Shown here: positions 38,895 to 48,632 of the stretch, piece after piece
Position numbering within the stretch: position 1 is the stretch's first letter
How the letters are laid out: each line of letters opens with the position of its first letter
Source: an uncultured Cytophagales bacterium
Lineage (GTDB): Bacteria > Bacteroidota > Bacteroidia > Cytophagales > Cyclobacteriaceae
Direction: 5' to 3'
DNA length: 64,000 nucleotides
Assembly: GCA_963774615.1 (NCBI GenBank)
Contig: CAVZFT010000035.1
Span: 40,595 to 104,594 of the forward strand
The notes under the pieces: model-generated
What the model saw: the letters and a program-made list of their open reading frames with translations, nothing else
Told to the model about the DNA's origin: nothing
Databases searched by the model: none
Position numbers and translations under genes: made by a program

Positions 38895-39581
38895 ATGATA
38901 AAACTACAGGATATCGACAAATACGTGGACTCACGTTTCCAGCGCACTTTTGTCTTAAAAGGCATCAACCTCGAGGTTAAGCAAGGAGAGTTTCTAACCA
39001 TTATGGGGCCCAGCGGGGCTGGAAAATCCACCCTGATGAACATTATAGGGATGCTGGATGAGCCTTCCGCCGGAGAATACTACTTCTTCGATGAGCCGGT
39101 TCACAAGATGAAAGAGAAGCAGAAGTCCGACATGCATAAGAACTATATCGGGTTCATCTTTCAGGCCTATCACTTGATTGACGAGCTCACTGTCTATGAG
39201 AACATCGAGACACCGCTCCTGTACAAAGGAGTGAGCGGCACGCAACGAAAAAGTATGGTTGCTGAAATGCTTGACCGCTTTAATATGGTTGCCAAGAAAG
39301 ATCTTTTTCCTGAACAGCTGAGCGGCGGACAACAGCAGCTTGTTGGTGTAGCACGGGCTATCGTTGGTCAACCGAAATTATTACTTGCCGACGAACCTAC
39401 GGGTAATCTGCACTCCGACCAGGGCAAGCAGATCATGGACATTTTCAAAAAACTAAACGACGAAGGAATTACTATCATCCAGGTCACGCACTCTGAAGAG
39501 AATGCGCGTTCGGGTAAACGCATTATTCGCGTGGCTGATGGAGCAGTGGTAGCCGATGAAAAATTAACAGTCAATGTGTAA
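38895..39581 (+). CDS. ABC transporter ATP-binding protein (MacB/LolD type)
   Basis: GPSGAGKST, LSGGQQQ, LLADEPTGNL. Confidence 0.9.
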   Translation: MIKLQDIDKYVDSRFQRTFVLKGINLEVKQGEFLTIMGPSGAGKSTLMNIIGMLDEPSAGEYYFFDEPVHKMKEKQKSDMHKNYIGFIFQAYHLIDELTVYENIETPLLYKGVSGTQRKSMVAEMLDRFNMVAKKDLFPEQLSGGQQQLVGVARAIVGQPKLLLADEPTGNLHSDQGKQIMDIFKKLNDEGITIIQVTHSEENARSGKRIIRVADGAVVADEKLTVNV

Positions 39582-39588
39582 AAGAAAA

Positions 39589-40936
39589 ATGAAGAGGATT
39601 ATTATTTTCTGTTATTGCGAGTATTTTGTTTTTATCCTTGCACGCGCAGGATAACGCTCCAAAAAAGTTGACCTTTAAGGAAGCTGTCAAGCTAGGACTT
39701 CAGAACAATGTTGTCCTTACTCAGCAACGAAACCAGTTGGAGTACACACAGGTGAACAAGACAGCCACTTTGCTCCAGATGGGACCGAATATCAACGCAT
39801 CCGGTGATTTTTATAGAACGGATGGTAATTCATTCAATTCTAATGAAGGAAGTGTGGTAAATGGAGTCATTGATTTTATCGGAGGCAATATTTCCGCTAA
39901 CATGCCGGTATTCAGTGGCCTCACGTTTATGAACCAGCATCGTGCTGCGAACAACGCAAACGAAGCACAACTCCACCAGGTTGTGCGGTCAAACCAGGAT
40001 GTGATCGCACTTGTATCAAACCAGTATCTTCAGTGCCTGTTGGATAGAGAACTTATTAGGGTCAATGCCGAAAATGTAAAAACGCAACAGACAACATACG
40101 ACCAGATAAGAGAGCAAGCAGCGGCAGGAGCAAGGGCTGTAGCAGATCAGTATACGCAGGAATACCAGTTAAGGAATGCTGAGTTGTTATTGGTGCGGGC
40201 TCAAAATGCATTTAAGAACAACTTAGCTCTGTTAGCTGTAACGTTGGGAATTGACCCTGCGTCATTTGATGTTGTGGAGATCAATTGGGATATCAACAAA
40301 GCATTTGCCGATACAACGACTCTCGAGAACATGCGCGCAATTGCTCTCGATATGAGGGGTGACCTTAAGCAGGCTACCTACTCGGAGAAGGCTTTTCAAC
40401 ACGGCTTTTCTGCGGCAAAGGGACGTTACTATCCGAACATTTATGCTGGTATACAATACGGATCGCGTTATAATTATGTGCAGGGCGAAGAAAACAGAAG
40501 CTTTGGTGATCAGTTCTACAAGGATAATACGCAGTTAAGTTATGGGTTCAGTGTAACGGTTCCTATATGGAATGGTTGGCAATATAAATCTCAGACTGCG
40601 CTTGCCAAGGTTGCCTACAAGAACTCTTCAATAAGGCGTCAAAATACCGAAATTGTTGTCAAGAGCGATGTACAAAGAGCATATCAGAATTTTAACGATG
40701 CAAAGACGGCATACACTGCAGCACAAGCAGGCATGAGGGCAGCCGAGCTTTCGTATCAGACGGAAAAGGAGCGGTATGACCTTGGGGCCTCAAACATTGT
40801 ACAGTTGGCGACCGTGAATGGGGCATATGTACGGGCTCAAGGCGATTTTGCAACGGCAACATTCACGTTGATGTTCCAACGGGTACTGATGGCCTATGCC
40901 GAGGGAACTCTAAAATTTGAGGATATTCCGGAATAA
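39589..40936 (+). CDS. TolC-family outer-membrane efflux protein
   Basis: An upstream in-frame ATG near 39589 gives a signal peptide; OEP repeats GRYYPNI, SYGFSVTVPIWNG, ERYDLGAS. Confidence 0.85.
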
Positions 40937-40938
40937 CA

Positions 40939-41299
40939 CCCTAAATCCCCTTTAGGGGACTTGAATGCAAGTTCCACTTTAGAGTTGAATGCCTTCTAAT
41001 TTAGACAGTCAAAAAATATCAATATTCCCCTTAGAGGGGGCTGGGCGGTCCTGCACCATCCCTTTCGGGGACTTGAAATGCATGGTGATAATAAATCCTT
41101 GAATGTTGAGTGTTGATTTGCTGAGTGCTGAGTGTTTTTACTGAGAATGATTCGCGAGAACATTCAACATTCACTTCAAGTTAAGCCTACAAGAAATGGA
41201 CTATTCCCCTGGAGGGCCAGGGGTTTCCCTAAATCCCCATAAGGCGACTGAAATGCACTTTCTGATAAAATTTCGCCTGCTCCTGAGGGGGTCAGGGGG
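40939..41299. repeat. Cluster of three alternating REP-like pairs (BIME-like)
   Basis: A = CCCTAAATCCCC..GGGGACTT (40939, ~41058, 41227); B = TTCCCCT..AGGGGG(C/T)NGGG (~41025, ~41203, ~41279); GAGTGTT/AACATTC heptamers at about 41100-41180. Confidence 0.75.
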
Positions 41300-41307
41300 T
41301 ATTTTCC

Positions 41308-41315
41308 TACATTTG
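41308..41315 (+). promoter_or_regulatory. Sigma-A -7 box of rpsA
   Basis: TACATTTG followed by a leader hairpin GCCCCGA..TCGGGGC. Confidence 0.65.
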
Positions 41316-41416
41316 CAGCCCCGATAATTGTCGGGGCTTTCTGATGATTTTCAGGAGGCTATTCTAAACAAATTTGCAGCAGTTGCCCGCCTGCCGCATG
41401 TAAAAAGGGCGTTTTT

Positions 41417-43410
41417 ATGGCAAAAGTTTCAAAGCCAGGTGAAAGACCAAGAAAGGCTGCTCCCGTTGAGGTAGCAAAGCCTGTAGCGAAGAAGCAAAAA
41501 GAAGGTAAAATCGAGATTGACGAAGATGATCCGTTAGCAGAGATCAAATCCCTTCAGAAAGAGGAAATCCATACTGAAGCCATTCCGGTTTCAGAACTCA
41601 AAAAAGCCAAGTACGAGAAGCAGGTTCCTGGTGAATTTGACTTTGACGCGTTTGAATCAAGGGGCTTTGGCGAAGGATACTCCAAAGACAAGCGTGCTGA
41701 AATGGAGAAGATGTACTCCGTCACGGTTACTTCTGTTGATACTGGTGAAGTTGTAAAAGGAACAGTTGTTGGAATAAACGACCGCGACGTGATCCTTAAC
41801 ATTGGATTCAAGTCCGACGGTCTTGTGCCGCTGGCGGAATTCAAGGAAATGCCGAACCTGAAGATCGGTGACATAGTTGACCTGTTCATTGAAGAGCGTG
41901 AAGACTCAATGGGTCAATTGGTGTTGAGCCGCAGAAAAGCGAAACTGGTGAAGGGTTGGGAATATGTACAAACGCACTTGATAAGGATCAGGTTATCGAA
42001 GGTTTTGTAAAACGCAGAACCAAAGGTGGTCTTATCGTGGATGTCTTTGGAATCGAAGCGTTCCTTCCTGGATCACAAATCGATGTGAAGCCTATCCGCG
42101 ATTTCGATATTTATGTTAATAAGTCAATCGAAGTGAAAGTTGTGAAGATCAACTACACTAACGACAACGTAGTTGTATCGCATAAAGTCCTTATCGAGAA
42201 AGATCTCGAGCAGCAGAAAGCAGTTATCCTCACCAACCTCGAAAAAGGTCAGGTGTTGGAAGGTGTGATCAAGAACATGACCAACTTCGGTGTGTTCATC
42301 GACCTTGGTGGTGTGGACGGATTACTTCACATTACAGATATCAGCTGGGGACGTATCAACCATCCGGAAGAAGTGCTCAAGCTTGATCAGACTGTTAAAG
42401 TTGTTGTGCTTGACTTCGACGGTGACAAGAAGAGAATTTCACTGGGTATGAAGCAGCTTACTCCTCATCCTTGGGATGCGTTGGCTGCTGAGATCCAGGT
42501 TGGATCTAAAGTAAAAGGTCGGATCGTTAACGTTGCTGACTACGGCGCGTTCCTCGAATTGCAGCCAGGTGTTGAAGGATTGATCCACGTAAGCGAAATG
42601 AGCTGGTCACAGCACTTGCGCAATCCTCAGGACTTCATGAAGGTTGGTGACGAAGTTCAAGCTGTAGTGTTGACGTTGGATCGCGACGAGCGTAAGATGT
42701 CTCTTGGCATTAAGCAACTCACGAAGATCCATGGACAAGACAAGATGTTCTTACCAAGTATGCGGTGGGAACGAGACACAAAGGTATCGTTCGTAACCTT
42801 ACCAACTTCGGCTTGTTCATCGAGCTGGAAGAAGGTATCGACGGTCTCGTTCACGTATCAGACCTAAGCTGGACGAAGAAGATCAAACATCCTTCTGAGT
42901 TCGTGAAAGTTGGAGATACCATGGAAGTACAAGTGCTGGAGCTTGATGCTGCTAACCGAAGATTAGCGCTTAGCCATAAGCACATGGAAGAGAACCCTTG
43001 GGATACTTTCGAAACGATCTTCACTATAGGATCGGTCCACAAGTGTACGGTGATCAACAAGAATGACAAAGGTGCTATTCTTGAATTGCCTTACGGTATC
43101 GAAGGTTTCTGCGCCGCGAAGAACCTTGCTAAGGAAGACAACTCAAAGATCGAAGTTGGCGAATCGCTTGACTTCAAAGTTCTCGAGTTCTCGAAAGACG
43201 ACAGAAGAATTGTTCTTTCACACAAGTCTACGTGGTCTGCTGACGAAGAGAAGCCTGCAGCTCCTCCTGTGAAGAAGAAGCCAGTTCCTGCTAAGGGTAC
43301 ACGTTCAATCGATCAATCAGCAAGCTGAGAAGTCGACACTCGGTGACCTCGAAGCACTCAGTGCGTTAAAGGAAAAGATGTCTGGCGGCGGCGAGCCAAA
43401 AGCTGAATAA
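41417..43410 (+). CDS. rpsA: 30S ribosomal protein S1 (bS1); three apparent frameshifts (~41975, ~42725, ~43320)
   Basis: S1 repeats: NIGFKSDG, AFLPGSQID, FGVFIDLGGVDGLLHITDISW, EGLIHVSEMSW, DGLVHVSDLSW; tail STLGDLEAL. Confidence 0.95.
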
Positions 43411-43426
43411 GCCTTTTAATATAAAG

Positions 43427-43464
43427 GAAAGGTGACCGAGCTTTTGGTCACCTTTCTTTTTTTT
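43427..43464 (+). terminator. Intrinsic terminator after rpsA
   Basis: GAAAGGTGACC-GAGCTTTT-GGTCACCTTTC followed by a T-run. Confidence 0.85.
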
Positions 43465-43541
43465 GATAGGGTTGTAATCAACAGTGATTTTTATAGTTTT
43501 GCAAGGGAAGGTTTTAGTAGTTAAACCTTGATTGAATAAAT

Positions 43542-43612
43542 GGTCTCGTGGCCGAGTGGCTAGGCAGAGCTCTGCAAAAGCTTCTACAGCGGTTCGAATC
43601 CGCTCGAGACCT
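43542..43612 (+). tRNA. tRNA-Cys(GCA), CCA not encoded
   Basis: Acceptor GGTCTCG/CGAGACC, anticodon stem GAGCT/AGCTT with loop CTGCAAA, T-arm AGCGG-TTCGAAT-CCGCT. Confidence 0.95.
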
Positions 43613-43625
43613 CTACAAGGAAAAG

Positions 43626-43653
43626 AGTCAGTCACCTTAAGACTGACTTTTTT
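43626..43653 (+). terminator. Terminator after tRNA-Cys, repeated at ~43829 and ~54723
   Basis: AGTCAGTC-N7-GACTGACT followed by a T-run. Confidence 0.8.
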
Positions 43654-43674
43654 GTTTTTGAGAGATTATTTAAA

Positions 43675-43938
43675 TCAGCGACTGGTTCGAATCGCTCGCC
43701 GTCCGTAGCGCCTCGCGAAGGCGGCCGCTCGAGACCTCTAAAATAAATTCAGCGACTGGTTCGAATCGCTCGCCGTCCGTAGCGCTTCGCGAAGGCGGCC
43801 GCTCGAGACCTCTAATAAAATAATAAGAAGTCAGTCGCAGAAGACTGACCTTTTGTTTTTGAGAGTTTATTTAAATCAGCGACTGGTTCGAATCGTTCGG
43901 CGACGTAGCGTCTCGCGAAGTCGACCGCTCGAGACCTC
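43675..43938 (+). repeat. Three modified copies of the tRNA-Cys 3' end (R1 43675-43740, R2 43749-43814, R3 43876-43938)
   Basis: TCAGCG-ACTG-GTTCGAATC-[31-32 nt]-CGCTCGAGACCTC versus tRNA CAGCG-GTTCGAATC-CGCTCGAGACCTC; R1 and R2 differ at one base. Confidence 0.9.
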
Positions 43939-44340
43939 AGGAAGCCTTGGAATCTTAAATGATTTCAAGGCTTTTTTATTTTTTAGAAAGCATTCATATT
44001 ATTTTATGTTGTGGACATTTTGCCACGGACCATTCATGTGCCAACGATGAATTTCACTTGTTAAACTGAGGATCGCAAACCTCTGAAACGAGTGAAATGT
44101 GGTATGATTTTTTCCCTACTCCTTTGAAAAGAAGTTCATCGCATGCATATGAATTTTGCATATATGTTATTTGTTGAAGGAGATTGAAAATGACAGATTT
44201 CACCATCGTCACTATACGCCATCAAGAGATGACTGGAATGAAGCTAACACCTTGGGAGTAGTTTACAATTTTGGCAAGGCGGCTAGCTTTATGGATTTGA
44301 ACTTATACATCTGAAATGATTTTACATAAATAGAAATCAT

Positions 44341-44508
44341 ATGAATACAAGATTAAGTTTAATTTTTTTAATCGGTGTCGCGATGGGAACGGCCTTGGGA
44401 CTGTTGATCGCGCCCGAGCCCGCACGCGCTACTTTGCGAAAGGTAAAGCGGGACGCGGACCGGCTCGTTGATAAGGTTGAACAGTTAAAGGAGCAAACGC
44501 AGGCATAA
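44341..44508 (+). CDS. YtxH-domain small protein (not in the ORF track)
   Basis: MNTRLSLIFLIGVAMGTALGLLIAPEPARATLRKVKRDADRLVDKVEQLKEQTQA*, with the G..LGLLxAP pattern. Confidence 0.7.
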   Translation: MNTRLSLIFLIGVAMGTALGLLIAPEPARATLRKVKRDADRLVDKVEQLKEQTQA

Positions 44509-44862
44509 TAGCCTATTATCATGGTTCAATAGAGTTTATTGAAATGTTTTGTATGGGTATTGATTTTTTTATAGGAGTTACATATCAATTGGTAAAGGGC
44601 ACTCACCAGGCCCCAAGACGATCGGGGGGAAGGCATCGCTATTGGAAGATCAGGAGCCTACGCTGGACAAGCAGGATTCCGACTTTGATCCTTCCCATGT
44701 TATTATGAGCTGCCGTGTACCTGTGATTTGTATGCTCAGTCATTAGGAAACAGACGCAAAATAAATCAATGTAGTGTGAATAAATTCAATTCCAGTATGA
44801 ACACACATCAAGAAGGACCTTATGGTTTGACGCTTTCAGATAAATCAATTGTATTTAATTGG

Positions 44863-45126
44863 ATGTCGCAGAAACCGAAAAAACCAAACGAGATCCCCGT
44901 GCCCGGAAAAAATCCTGAAACAATCCCTACTCCAGAACCTGAGCCTGGCGTATGGCCCACGAAGGAACCGGAAATTCAACCCGAGAGAGAGCCACTCACT
45001 GTACCGCCAACACCACCTCCTGAAATTCCGAAACCTCCACAAGAGTTGGTAATTCTTGATTCCTTTTTAGTGGAAGAGAAGAGTTTATCAATGAAGCAAG
45101 ATGCTCTAATGAATTACGTACTATAA
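44863..45126 (+). CDS. Small Pro/Glu-rich hypothetical protein
   Basis: MSQKPKKPNEIPVPGKNPETIPTPEPEP...; start and C-terminus uncertain. Confidence 0.5.
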   Translation: MSQKPKKPNEIPVPGKNPETIPTPEPEPGVWPTKEPEIQPEREPLTVPPTPPPEIPKPPQELVILDSFLVEEKSLSMKQDALMNYVL

Positions 45127-45142
45127 CTTTTAAATAACTTCT

Positions 45143-45607
45143 ATGGAAACTATTGTTAAAACCAAAACAAAACTGAGTATCAGCAGTCCCTCGTTCAAGC
45201 ACGAAGGCTTGATCCCGAGGACTTATACTTGTGAAGGCTCCAATATTAATCCATCCCTGGTTATTGAGGGAATTCCGGAAGAAGCACGAAGTCTTGCGCT
45301 TATCGTAGAGGACCCTGATGCTCCTGGAGGAACGTTTGATCATTGGCTGATATGGAACATTCCACCTGTTAACGTAATTCCTGAGAATTCGCGTCCTGGA
45401 TTGGAAGGAATGAACAGCAAGGGTGAAGTAGGATATACAGGACCGTGTCCTCCTTCCGGCTCGCACCGATACTTTTTCAAAGTATATGCTGTGAATGTAT
45501 TGCTTGATACACAGAAGGGAGCAACTAAAGAAAAACTAGAATTTGCTTTGAAGAATCATACGATTTCGAATGGTGAAATGATCGGCCTATATAAAAAAAC
45601 GAATTGA
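45143..45607 (+). CDS. YbhB/YbcL (PEBP / Raf kinase inhibitor-like) protein
   Basis: LIVEDPDAP..FDHW, YTGPCPP, HRYFFKVYA. Confidence 0.9.
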   Translation: METIVKTKTKLSISSPSFKHEGLIPRTYTCEGSNINPSLVIEGIPEEARSLALIVEDPDAPGGTFDHWLIWNIPPVNVIPENSRPGLEGMNSKGEVGYTGPCPPSGSHRYFFKVYAVNVLLDTQKGATKEKLEFALKNHTISNGEMIGLYKKTN

Positions 45608-45833
45608 CAACTGCCATAGTAATCAATCAATTAGGGAGCACTTGACCCAAGGGGTAATTACGACTCGATGCAAATTAGACAAACTTAATGCGTTGAGACT
45701 GCATTGATAACCGGATATGACATGTTTGCCTTTTTATCAATCTTTCGATAGGATTGTGCAAGTACTCAAATGAAATATTTGTAGTCTTACAATTATCAAC
45801 AAGATATCTACAACAAGGTCACGAAACCACGTC

Positions 45834-46206
45834 TCATATTCTACCTTTTTCATCGACAATAAAATCAACGAAAACGGTTCCTTCATAGCCCTTTTCGCGA
45901 GCTGCTTCAGGATATGTCAGGTTATTTTTAAGATATTGTCTCATTTCATCAAATCCACCCGTATATGAGGCATCAACATCTGCCTTGTAATACACGATTT
46001 TTCCGGAAGCATCTTTATAGGTTGGTGTTGGCTTTGCTTTCTCAGCTATCGCAAGTTTTCGTTGCGCTTCTTTTTCTGCGCTTGCTTTTGCGATTTTCGC
46101 CCGTGTGGCGGCAATCTCAACTGGCTGCTTTATCTGCTTTGGGCGCGCAGCTTTGCCCGATACCAAGAGCTGATACTAAAACACAAAGTATTATAATGTT
46201 TTTCAT
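45834..46206 (-). pseudogene. Truncated TonB C-terminal-domain lipoprotein
   Basis: Lipobox GQSC, frameshift near 46115, YLKNNLTYPEAA..GYEGTVFVDFIVDEKG, then TGA with no recognisable rest of the domain. Confidence 0.6.
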
Positions 46207-46243
46207 AAAATATGGTTTGATGAACGAATTGTAAATCGATGTA

Positions 46244-46307
46244 CAAAGATCACATAACGGCCGGTTAAAAGATTGCACTCCCCTATGTTGTTGTTACATA
46301 CATCACT
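46244..46307 (-). promoter_or_regulatory. Island motif copy B plus -7-like box
   Basis: AGTGATGTA-TGTAA-N16-TGCAAT-N19-TGATCTTTG, upstream of the tonB-like gene. Confidence 0.7.
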
Positions 46308-46430
46308 GAATGTGGCAAGGACTACCCAGACGTATACATATAAGGACTCACTTTATTTTGTTTTTGGCAAGTGATTATATAAGAATATTACCATGCGCGA
46401 TAAGCGAATCATCCTGGTCGTTGTTAAAAC

Positions 46431-46495
46431 TGTGATATATGTAAGATTCATGACCCTGGGTGTAACGAATAACGTGTTGCAGCCGCTGATCTTTG
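46431..46495 (+). promoter_or_regulatory. Island motif copy A plus -7-like box
   Basis: TGTGATATA-TGTAA-N16-TGTAAC-N20-TGATCTTTG, upstream of the small-protein cluster. Confidence 0.75.
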
Positions 46496-46555
46496 TAGCC
46501 TGTAGAATTCAAAGTACCCTGTAGAATTACAAACTCTTATCTCTGAAGACAAATC

Positions 46556-46768
46556 ATGAAAAAAGCTGGCATCATTATCCTGATTATCGGACTGGTAGTA
46601 ACTATTGTTACCGGACTGACCTTTGTGACGAGAGAGAAAGTAGTAGATATAGGGAAACTGGAGATCAATGCTGAGAAGAAGCATTCATTATCCTGGTCAC
46701 CGGTTGTTGGAGTGGTTATGATGACCATCGGTGCAGGTGTTTACCTGACAGGCACAAAGAAACTCTGA
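46556..46768 (+). CDS. Small two-TM hypothetical protein
   Basis: MKKAGIIILIIG..FVTREKVVDIGKLEI..WSPVVG. Confidence 0.7.
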   Translation: MKKAGIIILIIGLVVTIVTGLTFVTREKVVDIGKLEINAEKKHSLSWSPVVGVVMMTIGAGVYLTGTKKL

Positions 46769-46801
46769 TCGCTCTATTGTAGTACACGAAAAAAATAAGT
46801 C

Positions 46802-46990
46802 ATGAAAAATATAACAGCCTTGAAAGGAAATTGGAATGAGATCAAGGGAAAACTGAAACAAAAATTTGCCATGCTTACCGATAGCGATCCGCTGTTTTTA
46901 GAGGGCAAGCAGGACGAGCTTTTAGGCAGGCTTCAGACTAAGCTGGGTAAAACAAATGAAGAAATAAAAAAGATCATTGCTGACTTATAA
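46802..46990 (+). CDS. CsbD-family general stress protein
   Basis: [33 protein letters not shown]. Confidence 0.85.
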   Translation: MKNITALKGNWNEIKGKLKQKFAMLTDSDPLFLEGKQDELLGRLQTKLGKTNEEIKKIIADL

Positions 46991-47163
46991 ATCAACGTCA
47001 TCAGCTACGAACCTTCAACAGGAACGAGGAATTTGACAACGACAATATCCGCAAAGACATTAACCCTGGGTATAGATTTTATAATTCGAACATAACAAAG
47101 GAACGTTGTTTGAAATTTCAGATGACGTTTCTTTTTCACTCCACAAATAAACAAACAACGTTC

Positions 47164-47319
47164 ATGGGAAATTTACTTTACGCAATTGCAGTCATCTTAC
47201 TTATTTTTTGGGCTATTGGATTCATCGGGTATAATATTGGAGGAATCATTCATATTCTATTGGTGATCGCAGTCATCGCAGTTTTATTTAAAGTTATTCA
47301 GGGAAAAAGGATTTTTTAA
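47164..47319 (+). CDS. lmo0937-family small membrane protein
   Basis: MGNLLYAIAVILLIFWAIGFIGYNIGGIIHILLVIAVIAVL. Confidence 0.8.
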   Translation: MGNLLYAIAVILLIFWAIGFIGYNIGGIIHILLVIAVIAVLFKVIQGKRIF

Positions 47320-47498
47320 ACTCCTTAACGCTATATACTTATAAGAAATAAGCAGTCAGGAATGGACTATGAGTTAATGGCGAATTTATCCTTCGGGCGA
47401 GACGCGTCCAACGTGGTACTAAAAATGCCCACACAATCAGGTTGTTGGTTATAAATGCGTTGAACTTAAAAAAAGGCCCACGCAAATCTGAACTAACC

Positions 47499-48608
47499 AT
47501 GGATACCTCTCTTAGAATACCGTTTTATGCCAAAGTTGCGCTCATATCGATCAGCACGCTTGCATTTATCTTTACGATGCATATTGGTCAGGGAATTATC
47601 ATTCCTATTATATATGCAACCATCATAGCCATTTTACTGAATCCTCTTGTAAACTTTCTGCAGCGCAGAAGCATTAACAGGATTGTTGCCATCTCAATTT
47701 CAGTGGCACTTACCATTTTTGTAGTGTTGTGTATTTTTTATGTGCTCTCTTCTCAGCTTACGATGTTCAGTGAATCATGGCCGCAGCTGAAGGAAAAATT
47801 CAATACTACAAGCGCTGAGCTTGTTCATTGGATTTCCGATAAGTTTAACATCCGGGTGTCGCGAATCAATGCCTGGACAAAAGAGACACAAAACGAGGCG
47901 ATCAGTGATTTTGCCATTGGCGATACCCTTGCTGATGTAGGCGGGATACTCGTGATCTTTATGCTGTTACCGGTTTACTTGTTCATGATCCTCTATTATA
48001 AACCTCTACTCTTGGAATTTATCCGCAGGTTGTTCAGGGACGAACATCAGGCGAAAGTGACTTCCGTGCTCACGAGCAGTAAAAGTATTATTCAAACTTA
48101 CCTGGTTGGATTGTTTTTCGAGCTGATCATTGTAGCGATTTTAAACTCTGCAGGCCTCCTGCTCCTTGGAATCGAATATGCGATCATCCTTGGTGTGATC
48201 GGGGCGATCCTTAATCTTATTCCTTACCTGGGCGGCATCATCGCCATCGCCCTACCCATGGTCATCGCCTTTGTCACGAAGGATTCGCTTACCTATCCCA
48301 TCCTGGTATTTTTTGTCTACCTCTTTATTCAGTTTGTCGATAATAACTTTATCGTCCCGAAAATCGTAGCAGCACGAGTAAAGATCAATGCTCTGATTTC
48401 GGTTGTCGCTGTGTTGATTGGAGGAGCTTTATGGGGAATCTCAGGCATGTTTCTTTCCATTCCGATTACCGCGATCCTCAAAGTTATGTTCGATCACATT
48501 GAATCATTAAAACCCTGGGGATTTCTATTGGGTGATATCGTTCCTACGACATCCAAGTTTACCTTTGTCAAGAAAGGTAAAATACCATCAGCTTCTGAAG
48601 TTAGGTAG
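47499..48608 (+). CDS. AI-2E family transporter
   Basis: Multi-TM; LNLIPYLG, IQFVDNNFIVPKI, GGALWGISGMFLSIP. Confidence 0.85.
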   Translation: MDTSLRIPFYAKVALISISTLAFIFTMHIGQGIIIPIIYATIIAILLNPLVNFLQRRSINRIVAISISVALTIFVVLCIFYVLSSQLTMFSESWPQLKEKFNTTSAELVHWISDKFNIRVSRINAWTKETQNEAISDFAIGDTLADVGGILVIFMLLPVYLFMILYYKPLLLEFIRRLFRDEHQAKVTSVLTSSKSIIQTYLVGLFFELIIVAILNSAGLLLLGIEYAIILGVIGAILNLIPYLGGIIAIALPMVIAFVTKDSLTYPILVFFVYLFIQFVDNNFIVPKIVAARVKINALISVVAVLIGGALWGISGMFLSIPITAILKVMFDHIESLKPWGFLLGDIVPTTSKFTFVKKGKIPSASEVR

Positions 48609-48632
48609 GCCGTCGTACGAGTCGAACAGTGA

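Noticed and set aside
41417-43410. rpsA pseudogene or programmed frameshifting
   Set aside because: The gene is essential, the breaks lack slippery heptamer/stimulator patterns, and similar breaks occur throughout the window; sequencing error is more parsimonious.
43675-43938. CRISPR array
   Set aside because: Only three units, the inner segments are near-identical rather than unique spacers, the repeat is tRNA-derived, and there are no cas genes in the window.
43675-43938. Intron-containing, split or additional tRNA genes
   Set aside because: The units lack the 5' acceptor strand, D-arm and anticodon arm, and no matching separate 5' halves are seen.
45787-45812. Additional island-motif copy (TGTAG-N16-TGTAA, minus strand)
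   Set aside because: The period is right but the upstream 9-mer and downstream box do not match; may be chance in AT-rich DNA.
46370-46404. Additional island-motif copy (AGTGATTA-TATAA-N16-GATAA)
   Set aside because: Both half-sites are degenerate, the prefix is one base short, and there is no -7-like box at the expected distance.
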